Of a stretch of DNA of 64,000 nt, positions 24,478 to 38,366 are shown in pieces. The stretch comes from Octopus sinensis. Its lineage: Eukaryota. Position numbers and translations under genes: made by a program. Below the pieces are notes generated by a model. That model had not been told where the DNA came from. It searched no databases and was given only the letters and a program-made list of their open reading frames with translations. Position 1 is the first letter of the stretch, and each line of letters starts with the position of its first letter. Where the stretch lies: assembly GCF_006345805.1 (NCBI RefSeq), contig NC_043003.1:66092001-66156000 (forward strand). Reading direction: 5' to 3'.

Positions 24478-24803
24478 ATTCTTTTCTACTCTAGGCACAA
24501 GGCCCGAAAATTTTGGGGAGGGGAGGCCAGTTGATTAGATCGACCCAGGTACGCAACCTCGGCACAATTTGAACTCAAAACGTAAAAACAGACGCAATAC
24601 CTATTTCTTTACTACCCACAAGGGGCTAAACACAGACTGGATAAACAAGAACATACAACTGGATTAAGTCGATTATATCGACACCAGTGCGTAACTGGTA
24701 CTTAATTTATCGACCCCGAAAGGATGAAAGGCAAAGTCGACCTCGGCAGAATTTGAACTCAAAACGTAATGTCAGACGCAATACCGCTAAGCATTTCTCC
24801 CAG
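24478..24803 (-). mobile_element. SINE family A, two body units, head truncated
   Basis: Same unit junction (AATACCTATTTCTTTACTACCCACAAGGGG) as 22702-23269; the terminal unit is internally deleted. Confidence 0.82.
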
Positions 24804-27589
24804 GTTACGTACTATTGACTACTGAAATGCGAATCATTGTTTATTAAAATGTAACGTTATAATCAAAAACTATATAATAGAGCGCAACTCCGCAAAATGT
24901 ATATATACATTGAATGATTGTAAAGTCAATGTTTATTGAAAAATATCTTATTTTCAAAAATTAAAAGCAATCTACAGAGAGAACTTAATTCTTTTATGAA
25001 AGTGATGATGTTTCTGGTTGAATTTCTGCTGGTGACCCGAATCTATAGAATAACAAACATCAGGAATCGTCTCCTTCGGTATTTGTGCACATTCTCGTTC
25101 AATAAAACTTTTGTTATTGTCATTCTGGATAATTTCATCTAGTTCAAACTTAGTAGAGCTAAATCGAGTGCTGTTAGACGCGTAGGTGGATTTCTGTGAA
25201 ACTTTTTCCTAAACCGTCTGTGTAATTCCATTGTGTTTTCGAAATAGCATTAGTACTTCGTGTAAATTTCATTACTTCAAAGGAAATTTACTCTAGTCAT
25301 CGTTTCCAATGGCTAAACCTAAAGAAATAAAAAAAAATCAAATGTTACCAGCTGTTAAAATGTGTATAAAGTCATTGGAACACTTTGTATATCTACGAAA
25401 AACAGCGCAGCAAACATAGGCGATATGCAGAGAAATATGGAGCGTAATAACGTTTAGTAGAAATGATTATCTCGAATATTGTTTCTGTTTGTCGTGTGCT
25501 TAAATGCATCTTATCAGTTTAATTTGGGATGGAGTTTAAAGTGTTATTGTGGTAAATTCTAAGGTCTCTTAACGTATTAAGTCTCTTGACGTAATGTTTT
25601 TTGATGCTCGTGATCCCATGGCTTCACGATATCAGCAGTGGCCGTACCAGAACTGTCATCAGTTTCAGACAGGTGTTCATAAAAAATAAATTAATAGTGA
25701 CAGAATCAATATTAATACCTAAATGTAGTATTTTTCTCCACTTAAAAGTGGATGTTGTGTTAGAACACTCAATACTGTGATAGTTGCCCCGAGATAATTT
25801 CTCATGGTTTTGTGATGCATATAAACACTCGTCTGTGTGTCGCTAGCGAGAGACAATCGTCCACTATCGTTGTCGGGACTACCAGATCAGGTGATTTCGT
25901 ACTTCCTTAGCGCTGTCAATAGTTGTCACCCGAAGGTAGAAGTAACAGCAATTCATCCTTCACCAATTTATATAGAATCAGTGTCTATCTAATTAGACAC
26001 TGGTCTCACAGCCTGTGGGATTATTAAAACATAATCAATAGTGCTTTTGTTGCTATTAAATTTTGAAAATGAAAAGTAATTTAATAAGTTCTGATTTTAT
26101 AGTCAGTCGATGTTTAACTACATTCTTGTGATACACGCTGTAATAAATAGTTTTTAAATCATTCTTATCGCCAAATACAAACCTTCATAAACTTGATAAT
26201 TTTACACGACTCCAGGTTACAAACGTTGATTTTCTTCTCGACGTATATTAAAATATGCTGCTCGCACAGACATCGAACAAAGGGTTCGCAGTGAGGTCAA
26301 ACAACAGTGAAGACATCAAGTGTTAGTAGGTTACTGTAGACATATAAGTACCAAATCCATTTTAACCATTGTGATACCAACTCACATGAAACCGCCTCTG
26401 GCTCTGAAGTAGATATATATTTTGTTTTCAAAAGTTCTGAATTAAAATCTTCTAACAGACATTAATCACAACATATGTTCCTAACACTAGCTTAATGATA
26501 ACTAAGCTATTTTACTAAATTCTTTGTTAAATTGAAAATTAATTGAATGAAACACAGAGCATCTAAAAAAAATATGGTAACAAAAAAGTTAAACAATAGG
26601 TCAGACTCACGGCAGGATCTAGGTGCGACGTTTAAATATATACATACACATACTTAAATACATACAAACATACATGATGGCTGCCCCCTCGTTATCAAGT
26701 ATGGCCATTGCACGAAGCTTAACTGTTATCGGTGCTGTGATCAATGTGACTTTTATTTGCTTTTTAAGGCTACAGCCAGCCATTCAGCTGAGACTCACAG
26801 CACCATCAACAATCAGGAACAATGTTGTTATCGTGCAAGATTTTTAAAGTGAGGAAAGGCTGTGCACTGAGTTAATCCCACTCACTAAGCAACAGCAGCC
26901 ATAATCCGAAAAGAAGAACAAGTCAACATCATCGGTAACCACTGAGCCGCAGCTTTATGTCGGAGTTATCCCAGTTACCTGAGTTACCTTCTCCTCGAAG
27001 GATGCCATAACAAAGGCTAGGGATCCTTCACTTCCAATGGATTAACCGCGCGATCGGGTATTCAGTTCGATTATTTCTATGTCCCCGCGCATGATACTGC
27101 CTTGAGCCTTAAGAAAAAAAAATTACACATTTATTGGACGGCCGTTGACTCTCAAGAGTTCCTCCGCCCTTGCATACATACATACATACATACATACATA
27201 CATACATACATACATACATACATACATCCATCATGTCTAGCCATGCAACTATAAGCAGGAGAATACGTACATAAAGCAAAATATAAAACCTGCACATATA
27301 CATATATACATATAAAAATACCCTGTTGACGTGGTTGAATTTCCAATAAAGGAACCTTACATCTATTGACGAGAAAATTTGAAATAAAACTGAATAATGA
27401 AACATACACGCGTATATGCATACATGTATGTATATAAAGTATGTCAGTGTGATCGCGCGCGATTCTGTGTACACACAGCGAAACAAATACATCAGTAAAT
27501 ATGAATATGTTTATTGTTATGAATATAGATAGAAATATGGATAGAGAAAGACACAGGCACTGATATACAGAGAAAGAGAGATAGGCTGA

Positions 27590-27602
27590 CAGACAGACAG
27601 AC

Positions 27603-27690
<88 letters not shown>
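27590..27690. repeat. (AGAC)n(AGAT)n microsatellite
   Basis: Direct reading. Confidence 0.95.
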
Positions 27691-27691
<1 letters not shown>

Positions 27692-28231
27692 CCAATACAA
27701 CTTTTCTCAGCAATAACAATAATTTCATTTGCTTGTATGTTAAACTAAACAGAACTTACAATACACAGGCAATTAAGAAGTATTGTGGGCAAACCAAAAA
27801 AAATGTTATCAAACTAAAGTGTCAGGAAAAAGATTAGCTCAGCAGCAGAAAATATATCATGTGGAAATCTATTTATCAGGGACAAATCTTCAGACCGATG
27901 CTGAATAAATTAATAATAAACTCAGTCTCTTCGAATAATATGCAAGTCAATTTACAACCTTAATCTCAAAGGAGACATAAAGCGAAAACGAAGTGGATTT
28001 GACTCATCATACTGTCTCTATATTTTTAACCATAAGCTACAATAATAATAATAATAATAATAATAGAAGTAGCAACGACAACAACAATAGTAATGAATGC
28101 ATAGGTTTCCCTTTTTATATATTCCATTCACAAAATAAGTAGTCTTCTTTATATCTCTTTCTCTTTACATCTTATTTAGTTTCTGTTTGAGTACATATAA
28201 CAACGTTAAGATATAAGTGTGAACGCTTACT

Positions 28232-28232
<1 letters not shown>

Positions 28233-28277
<45 letters not shown>

Positions 28278-28481
28278 ACATACATATATATATACATATA
28301 TATTATATATACATACATATATATATACATACATATATATATATATATATAATATATATATATAATATACGTATATATATATACATATATATATACATAT
28401 ATACATCTATATATGTATGTATATAGGCATATATGTATGTTCTATCTATGTATCTATTTATATATCTACACACAGGTATAT

Positions 28482-28512
<31 letters not shown>

Positions 28513-28525
28513 GTATATATTATAT

Positions 28526-28567
<42 letters not shown>

Positions 28568-28593
28568 TATATATATATATGTACATATATATG

Positions 28594-28664
<71 letters not shown>

Positions 28665-28665
28665 T
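28233..28665. repeat. Long degenerate (TA)n tract
   Basis: Direct reading. Confidence 0.93.
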
Positions 28666-28961
28666 ATTTTAATATCCATTCATGCATTTATACAGATATA
28701 TATTTTCATATACGTACATTTAAATACATATGTATTTATAAATATATGTAATGCGTGTGTATTTGAGTGTACGTGTGTGTGTGTAATTGTGTGTGTGATT
28801 GTGTATGTGTATGCGTGTAAATATGTACATACACACTCAATAGACATTTAAATATGTGCAAGTGTATGCATATATATACATATACGCACAGATACACATA
28901 CAGATTGATCACATATACTTACATGTAATAGGGTATGTATACACATTCCCGATTAACATAT

Positions 28962-28992
<31 letters not shown>

Positions 28993-29126
28993 AACGCATA
29001 TATATATATATATATATATAAGTATATGTATATATATATATATATGCATGTATGCTTGTATATATGTGTGTATATATATACATATACAGCACACATAATC
29101 GCCCGAAAGTCTGAGTTTATATATAT

Positions 29127-29172
<46 letters not shown>

Positions 29173-29787
29173 GTGCCTAATAATCCTATATCTATATATC
29201 TATATATATGTATGTATGATTTATACATGTTATTATACTTTAAACTTTTAACATATATGACAATAATTTCATATTCAAGACACTCTGTGAAAGATTTTAC
29301 GATTATGAATTTAATTTTTTGACATGTTTCGTTTTTTCACTTTAATTCCTTCTTACTTTCCTTTCTACATGTATCCTTCCCTTTAATTCTGTCACTTTTT
29401 CGCTCTTTTTTCTCCCTTTCATTTTTGTCATATGTCTTGTAAATATATGTGCCTCCGTGATCTGAGTATAGATGTATAAGGGTATATAAATTTTGAGTGT
29501 ATATGCATTCACACACACAAACATATGTGTATATATATATATATATATTCACACAGACACACACACACACGCACATACACACATATACACTCACACACAC
29601 ACAAACACATATATATATATATAGGATTTTTAGTATAGTGGCATGCACACCTTCTCAGTATCAGAGTCGATTTCGTTATATCTCTCTTCCTCATAATAGT
29701 ATCATATATATGTCTCCCTGCCCCTCTCCTCCCTTTCCTCTCTCTCTTTCTTTTTCTCTATCTATTTATATATATGTATATATGCAT

Positions 29788-29841
<54 letters not shown>

Positions 29842-30675
29842 TATATGTATGTATATATGTATATACATACTTATATGTAAATATACAAATCTATATATAT
29901 ATATATACATGTGTATATATATATATGTGTGTGTGTGTATATATATGTGCATATATATATATACATACATATAAATATATAATTATATGTTTATATTAAT
30001 GTTAAATTTTATATACAATTATGCATATATTCACATGTATATATATATATATATATATACATACATATATACATACACACATACATACATATATACATAT
30101 ACGTATATATATATATGTATATATATATATATTATATATATATATGTATGTATGTATATGTACAGGCAAGTATTCGTTAATAGATGAGGGAATAGAAGGA
30201 GATATCTCAACAGTATCTGCGTAATATCGGTTTGTCGTATTCTGGCATGTGATAATGGGATACAGCAATTCCGTTATTATAGATGCAGCCTTAAGAACTC
30301 GTAAAGTTGTTTTTATATCGTAGTAATGTATAGGCGAATATTAATTGTAGTCCGTATTCATATTCATGCCAGAGTGTCCAATTCCCATTTTGCAGCAAGT
30401 GTCCTTTCGTTTTCGTGATTTTATCATAGCCAATAATCATAATTTTGTCTTGGAAAGACATCTACCGTAACAGCGTAGGCAGATACCATAAGAGCGTAAC
30501 AGCGTAGGTAAAATTAGAATGTTCTCTAATTCAAATATATCTTGTCATTTGTTAAAATGAATGATGATGTGAGCCCCAGGCAGGGTCTCGATATGTTGGC
30601 ATGACCTTAGAGAAATAGCAGCTAAATGGAATCAGGCAGTAATTTGAAAGGCGATATGATGATTGCAACGAAGAC

Positions 30676-30870
30676 AATGAGCTGGCAGAATCGTTAGCAC
30701 ACCGGGCAAAAGGCCAAGCGGTATTCTGAATTCGATTTCCGCTGAGGTCGCGTGTGCATTTCAACACTTCAGGGTCAATAAAATATGTACCAGTTGAACA
30801 CTGGGGTCGATATAACAACCTCAAGTTGTCCCCTGAAATTGCAGGCTTCGTGTCAAAATTTTAAACCGAT
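30676..30870 (+). mobile_element. SINE family A, diverged
   Basis: GAGCTGGCAGAATCGTTAGCAC head; GGGTCAATAAAATATGTACCAGTTGAACACTGGGGTCGAT body. Confidence 0.75.
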
Positions 30871-31722
30871 ATAAGGATTACAACAGGTTTGCCTATGATC
30901 TTAGCTAAACTCTACCTGATCGAAGGCTGGTAAATATTGAATAATTACGTAATTACTCGTGAATAATGCGCACTATACTGTACTTTATTTTCGCTGAAAA
31001 CAATGTGATCTGAGACTTACGCACTGCACAAAGTTAAATCTAGATAGGGAAAAAATTTATACCAGGATTTAGCATTAAATTGGTGAGGGTGACTTATAAA
31101 CGTTTAAATACAGTATATTTTGCTAGGAAAGCAAAGCCGATGTTTCGGGCGGAGAACTTTATTGTGAGTCGGGTTTTGGCTTTAAATCCAAAAAATTATT
31201 TATGAAAATTTGCGAGCTTTTGAGAGTAAGAAGAAAATTGCTAATTTAAATGTATGTTCGAGGACAGAAATAATGGCAAATGGTGGAGTCTATTTAAACA
31301 AATTCTGTACTTGACTGAAGTGTATTATGGCTCGGAGATAACTGTTTATCAATGTAGCTTCCACCATGAATCCAGCTGCCCACATTGTGTGTATGATAGA
31401 TATTTGAGGTCATTTTGCAAGAGGATGAAATTGAATGTCTTGGTTGAAAGATATTGCATAAGAGACGAATTCTATTTCCTCGCTTATATAAATAGATACA
31501 TGTATGTGTATCTGAGAGAGAGAGCGAGAGAGAGAGAGAGACAGTGTGTGTGTGTGTGTGTGTGTGCGTGTATGTGTGTGTGTGCGTGTATGTGTGTGTG
31601 CGCACGAATATATATATATATATATAAATATATATAAATATACATATACATATAATAATGTATAATATATATGTCCATATATATATATGTACATACGTAA
31701 GCACATATGCATGTGTGTGTGT

Positions 31723-31767
<45 letters not shown>

Positions 31768-33389
31768 TGTGTGTTTGTGCATGTACTTGTAAACTGGTAT
31801 ATGATCGTATCAATGATGTCTGCATAATTTCGTTCGCAATTCAAAACCCTATATTACAGTTTATGAAGTTATAAAATATCAGCAATTAAAATCATATTTG
31901 GCTGTACTTGTAACATAAGATGTCATTATTTATACGACACAGAATTAAGTATCGAATTATACGATACACAGTAGACATGCTGTTAAAGCATCATTTTCAA
32001 CTTTGTTAAAATATTAACTTAAAACCGAAACGTTAGCAAAATATATACTGAAAGGCCAGGCAAAGAAATTCGCTTTCTCTATATTAAATTATTTCATACG
32101 AATATAAGAGTACGTGTATCTCGTGTTACACACTCTTGACTCGACAATATTGTTATTTCTGAAAGTAATTAAGCGAATTCTTTCACTGCATTAGCAATTT
32201 ATCTCTGTTTTCGAAAAAAAGAAACAAAAGTTCCATAGCACATACGTATGTTCATGTATAAATGCATCCATCCAACCATCCGTTAATCGATCCATCAATC
32301 CATCCACCCATACATACATATATAAGTATACATCTATAAATAAATGACAGACAGTGGAATTGACGACATTGTTTATTTAAAATCACCCACTACAATTGTT
32401 TCGATAATCTTTACACATATAGTACATTGGTGAGATGTGTAATCATTATTGTATATCTAGGGACTAAATCGTGCCTCCTCGGGTGATTAATTAAATAAGT
32501 TCTTTATTAGATCCTATCTTCCTTTTACTTAGTGTGATACGGCATATCCAAAGTGAGGGATATACATCCTTACATCTCTTCTTCCCTAAAGCCCTACATA
32601 TATACTTACATGCATGCATACGTACGTATATACATCTAAACATACATGCACAGAAAGTGTATGAAAAATAATACATGCATGTATGCATAGAACGTAAGAA
32701 CGCAAAATATTACTTGCTGTGCTGCTTAAAAAAAACACATCGAGAGAGAAATAGTGAAGAAATCTGTGCCGCTTTAACACCACAGCTTGATATTAATCGA
32801 ACCTTTAGCAGATGGCAGCCGTGGATTTTACTCTGATGAAAGCAATTCAGTCGTGTTCCAAGTTTGAAGAAACGCTGACCAGCACCGAGTCATGCTCATC
32901 GCATTCCTGGTTATATTCACGAAGATGGAAAAACATCGATTAGCTACGACTCTATGGTACATTGAAAGGTCCAAGATGAAACATATTGTGAGAAAACATC
33001 CGAACGGGTCTTATTTCAACAAAAGAATGGAGTCAGCGTCAACGTGATCTCATAATACTGAAAGCAAAATTTTCGTCTGCCGGACACGTTGCAAAGTTTA
33101 CAAACATGAGTGGTATCCAAGACATCGTTAATTGCCACTCAGAGGGTTCCCATGATGATGGAAAAGCAATATATTTAAACGATTTTTCTCGAAGTGCTGC
33201 TGTGTTTCATTTTGAGCCTGAAATATTGCAGGTTAATACACAGCATGCTATACAAAATCATCCGATTACTGTACTACATGTACCTCACATTTGAAGTAGC
33301 TCACATTTAAAATTTATTTCATTAAATGATATCTTTCGCTATATGTGGGTGTGTACGTGTGCGTGTCTGCGTGCGTGTATGAGTGTGTA

Positions 33390-34679
33390 CGAGCTGGTAC
33401 CAAAACCTTCCTAGACTAGTTCTGCAAGGCACCAATAGATGGCAGCATACGGTTGTGTGCGCAGTGAGAGCCGGCAGTAACCCTCATCAGGCGGAGTGCC
33501 GAGTGAAATCGATGTATTTTCTTCGCAAGTTGTGAAATTTATGTTTTGTGATCACAGATATTTTGTAGTCTGGGATTTTTGTCATGGACAGGAAGGTGGA
33601 ACGAAAAGCCGACGTAAAACTTTGCGTTAAACTTGAAAATTCTGCAACAGAGACATTGAGCATGCTTCTGCAAGCTTACGCCGACGAGACAATGGGGCAT
33701 TCAGGATATTTCGAGTGGCAAGGGCGCTTCAAAAGCGGAACAAAGTCCTCGGAAGATGACGAGCGATCTGGAAAACCTGTCACAAGCGTCACCCCCGGGA
33801 ATGTGAAGAAATATAATTAGCTGGTGCATGAGGATCATCGGAGGACAATTAATGACATTGCTTATGTTGTTGATCTGTGTTATGGGTCCGTGCAGGCAAT
33901 CCTATTGTCTGAATTGAACATGCGGCGTTTTTTCTGCCAAGTTTGTCGCCTGCTTGCTGACTAGTGAGCAGAAAGAACATCACATCGAAGTCTTTCAATA
34001 TTTTCTTCAGCGAGTCGCTGATGACCCATGCTTCATGTCGAGAATCATCATCGGCAACAAGAGTTAGGACTATGCATACGACTCTGAGACGAACCTGCAG
34101 TCGTCACAATGCAAGAGCCTTTTATCTCAACGACCGACGAAGGCACAACGAGAATCGCAGTTTAATCAAGGGCATGCTCATCAATTTTTTGGATCCAGGC
34201 GAAACCATTACGGCGGAGAAGTACTGTCAGCAAATGGATGAAATGCATAAGAAACTCCGATAATAACAGCCAGCATTTGTCAAGAGAAAATGACTAATCC
34301 TTCTCTACGACAACGCTCGGCCGCACGTCGCGCAACTGAATCCGCAGAAGTTGAACGAATTGAGCTACAAAACTCTGCCTCATCCGACATACTTGCCAAA
34401 CGTCTCGCTTACTGACTACCATTTTTTCAAGCATCTCGACAACTTTCTGCGTGAGAAATGCTTAAAAAACCAAGACGATGCCAAACACGCCTTCAACGAC
34501 TTCATCGCTACCAGAACGCAGGATTTTTACGCTACTGGCATGAATTAACTTGTTTCGAGCTGGCAAATGTGTGTTGATTCTGATAGTATTTATTTTGATT
34601 AATAAAGTTTTGCTTGAGCCGATATATGTGCATCTGAATTTAAAGGTTAAAAACCGCAAAAACTTCCTTCACAACCTAA
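33390..34679 (+). mobile_element. Chimeric mariner: irritans-like 5' part joined to cecropia/Hsmar1-like 3' part
   Basis: TA-flanked (33388-89, 34680-81). 5' part: MDRKVERKADVKLCVKL..SATETL..EWQGRFKSG..SEDDERSGKP, AKFVACLLTSEQK, YDSETNLQSSQ. From ~34185: FLDPGETITAEKYCQQMDEMHKKL, LLYDNARPHV, QKLNELSYKTLPHPTY..TDYHFFKHLDNFL, DFYATGMN, ending in AAAAACCGCAAAAACTTCCTTCACAACCTAA (Hsmar1-type TIR). The two ends are not inverted repeats of each other. Confidence 0.82.
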
Positions 34680-34751
34680 TATATATACACGTATATATAC
34701 ATATATACATAGATATACATATACATATGCGTGTGTATAAACAAATACCAA

Positions 34752-34804
<53 letters not shown>

Positions 34805-34916
34805 AATATAAACAAGAAGGGTAGTAATATTATTTACTACCAGGTGCCCAGCACAAAAGACGAATTAGTCATAAGACAAAAATATTATTCATATAGAAAA
34901 ATATTATTCATGTAGT

Positions 34917-34981
34917 TATACAATTAAGGGCTCCTAATTTTTGTGTTCCCAGCACTCGGCATCTTTATTTAGGAGCCCTTA

Positions 34982-34989
<8 letters not shown>
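34917..34989. repeat. Perfect 21-bp inverted repeat abutting (TA)n
   Basis: TATACAATTAAGGGCTCCTAA (34917-37) / TTAGGAGCCCTTAATTGTATA (34969-89), 31-nt loop. Confidence 0.9.
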
Positions 34990-35077
<88 letters not shown>

Positions 35078-36599
35078 TACATACACACATACATACATTC
35101 ATACATGTACGCAGTCATACATACATAAATACATACCTACTTATCTATATATATATATATACCTCTGTATGAATATGTAAACGTCTATGTATAAATATGC
35201 GCTGGTAGGTAGGTAGGTAGGTAGGTAGGTAGGTAGGTGGGTAGGTAAGGAGGTGAGTGGCTGGGTAGGTAGGAGGGTAATGTAGATAATAGCTGCATAT
35301 TCTGCAACTTTCTTCATATAGTGAAACCTTTTCACTTTTAGTGCCAGTCTTTGGATTCTGAGAAGAAATGAAACAGTATTCTACGAATGTACTTACCAAC
35401 CAACCAACCCACCAACCTAATTTCCAGCCTATCTAGCTACAGTTCCTTTTGCATAGCAACATGCATGCATTAATACACATGTATATACGTTTAAACACAT
35501 AAACCTACATACATGACTATGTTTAAGATCAGCACTGACAAAATGGCGTTTGGCATGTGAAAATATATTTGACAAACTTCTTTGATAGCGTCACAAGTGC
35601 TATTCTATTGAAATAGATACCTTTCCCGCTGCTACGTATTAGAAAGATCATATCTGGCTAACGGTAATTGCACTTGTAGTGCATTGAAAATTTATGAAAG
35701 ATGAATATCGTATGATACGAAAGTTAATTGATTAAGTATCGCAATGACTTCAATCCAATTTGCGAGATAGATTCAAGAGACGTTCCACACTCTTGTCTGT
35801 CTGCTTGGTTAACATCGATTCTAACATTAATACAATGATGAAGCAACCATTAAAATATGAGTCATACTTTACCTGTGACAAGCGGAATTTTGATTTATGC
35901 AGTTGGAAACCTGTGGATTACACTGATTGGTTTGCAATATAAATGGAATCTTCATTCAAGTATATGGTAATTTTAGGGGACACAATATCTCCTTTGGAAT
36001 TTCGCAAACAACAGTTTTCTTCTAATGACGCCTCAACGTCGCTGATCAACCACCAATTGATGCAGCAACATCAATCAGAATGGCTTCTATAATTAGTTGC
36101 TCAACCTTATTAGAAATAGCAGCTAAATTCTACCTTAAATCATGTTATTATCTTCAAAAATGTAATTTTGGGGCAAGAAAGTGTCTGCTCAATCAGCTAA
36201 ATAATCAGCTTATTAACAAAATAATCAATATATTTCTAAAATCTATATAAAGAGCGTTGGAATAACAGCGTGATCTCGTGGTTTGGGTGTTATTGATCAT
36301 TGCCATAAGAGCGTGTTCAATTTGGTACGTTGTATCCATGAGGAAAAAAAAACCAAAACTTCCGTTTACATACCCCTGTTGTGTCAGCTTAAATGTGTAC
36401 CCGCTCAGTGCTGGTGAGTCCTCCCTTTCCATAGGTGTTATCGTTTTGGTCATGCCGGATGTCCAAAAAAGCATTTATGCCTATTCACGATTCCATAAGT
36501 ACCTTAAACATTTAGTGAAATAGTATTCGTTACAAAGGCATACCCGCCTGTGAATGAATGCCTTGGTTTTTGTGTTTTTATTAACGTTCGTCACGCGAC

Positions 36600-36790
36600 C
36601 GGGCCTGGATTTTAGGGGGCAGTACTGACGATCGCAGGATCAGTGTTTCGATACCCGGACACTGTGTTGCGTCGTGTTCTTGAGTAAAACAATTTAGTTC
36701 ATATTATTCCAGTGGACTCAACTGTAAATAAATAATTTTGCGATGGTTCGGCGTCGCAATCAACGGGTAATTTGTGATTTTGGTCCCTTA
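36600..36790 (+). mobile_element. SINE family D fragment
   Basis: GTTTCGATACCCGG B-box-like segment, GTGTTCTTGAGTAAAACA, CCAGTGGACTCAACTGTAAAT CORE-like segment. Confidence 0.55.
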
Positions 36791-36999
36791 TACGCGAGAC
36801 AAATAAGTTAACCAGGTAACTGACTCGTTAGAAGTTTAATGAAATGAATAATGGGTATGAAGTAATAAAAGCTTGAATGTTCATTTGTTTTATGCTGCGT
36901 TTCCGAAGTAGAATACGTTTGTTTGCCAAGATTCGCCTTGATTCATACAATTAAATATTTGGTGCCACGCCAGCAACTACGCGGTATTTAGCTAATAAA

Positions 37000-37215
37000 C
37001 CTTCCTGCTATAGTCACAAGGCCTGAAATGTTGAGGGAGCAGGATCGTCAATTATATCGTCCTCAGTACTGAGACCGTCCTTATTTTATCGACCACAAAA
37101 CGATGAAAAGTAACGTTGACCTCAGCTAAGTTTGAATTCAGCACGTAAAGCCGGAAAAATATCGTTATGCATATTGTCCAGCGGATTGACTATTCTGCAT
37201 GCTCGCTGCCTTCCT
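37000..37215 (-). mobile_element. SINE family A, diverged
   Basis: CACAAGGCCTGAAAT tail, TTTTATCGACC..GATGAAAAG, TTTGAATTCAG, GCTCGCTGCC head, all in reverse complement. Confidence 0.72.
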
Positions 37216-37284
37216 TCTGCTAAAAATATAAGTTTTCATATACAGACTAAGTAAAAGACCCTTGTTTATTCTTTTACTTTCTAA

Positions 37285-37675
37285 TTCTCTTATTTGCTTT
37301 AGTCATATGACTGCGGCCATGATGCAGCACCTCCTTCAGTCGAGCTAATCGACCCCAGGACTTATTCTTTGTAAGCCTAGCGCTTATTCTATTTGGTCTT
37401 TTTTGCCGAACCGCTATGATACAGCGAGGTAAACACACAAGCATCAGTCGTCAAGCGATATTAGTAGGACAAACACAGACACACAAACACAGACACACAC
37501 ACAGATATATATATGCGACGGGCTTCTTTCAGTTTCCTCCTACCAAACCCACTGACAAAATTTTACTCGGCCCGAGGGTATAGTAGAAGACACCTGCCCA
37601 ATGTGCCACGCAGTGGGATTGAACTCGGAACCATGTGGTTGGGAAGCAAGCTGCTTACCACACAGCCACTCCTGC
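37285..37675 (-). mobile_element. SINE family C, full length
   Basis: Reverse complement of the 3491-3897 family. Confidence 0.88.
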
Positions 37676-37837
37676 GCCCTTATTTTTGTCTATGATCATT
37701 CTTAACAAAATTAATGTCATAGAGATAATCTGATATTCTTAATTTAATGTAGGTATTCCCGGTATTTTTAAATGAGAAATGTGAATAAATGTAAATAGTT
37801 GCTTATATATTTTATGGGCAGAAAATGTTTTCTATTG

Positions 37838-37877
37838 TCCTAACAAGTTTCATCTCTTTTGGATATTCATCAGAGAA
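37838..37877 (-). ncRNA. Minimal type I hammerhead-like motif
   Basis: Minus strand UUCU-CUGAUGA-AUAUC-CAAAA-GAGAU-GAA-AC-UU-GU-U/AGGA: intact core, 4-bp stem I, stem II with one mismatch, 2-bp stem III, GUU triplet. Confidence 0.5.
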
Positions 37878-38327
37878 TACGTCCCCACATTTGCTGCCAA
37901 AGATGACGGATAATTCTAAATAGCCTTGATAAGAAGGAATGATAACGGGGGTAATGTTGGAATTGTCAAGCACAAAACTACTAACACATTATCATTATCA
38001 TCTTTGTCGTCTTCGTCATCGTCGCCGCTGTTGTCATCGTCGTTCTTATCAACAACATCAGGGCCATCGTCATCGCTGACAGTGTCGTCATTCCCATGAA
38101 TATCACCCAAAAAGAAAATAAAAAACAGAAAAAACTTGTAAGTCAAACCGATATTATATAAATGTACACAACATTGTAGACATGCGTACAAAGTATTTAA
38201 CTGTGAAAATCATAACATATTTGTCTGGAAAGAAAAGAGGGTAAATATGCATATACATACTTACATATATATATATATATATACATACATACATAAATAC
38301 ACACATGTATGTATACATACATACATA

Positions 38328-38366
<39 letters not shown>

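Noticed and set aside
25600-25960. GC-richer unique patches with short open frames
   Set aside because: No consistent exon structure or recognisable motif.
32810-33300. Unique block with short ORFs and CUGAUGA...GAAAC at ~32842-32872
   Set aside because: No protein motif recognised; the hammerhead test fails (no NUH triplet, poor stems).
36205-36523. Overlapping 81-aa and 89-aa ORFs
   Set aside because: No homology or splice support; contains a homopolymer run.
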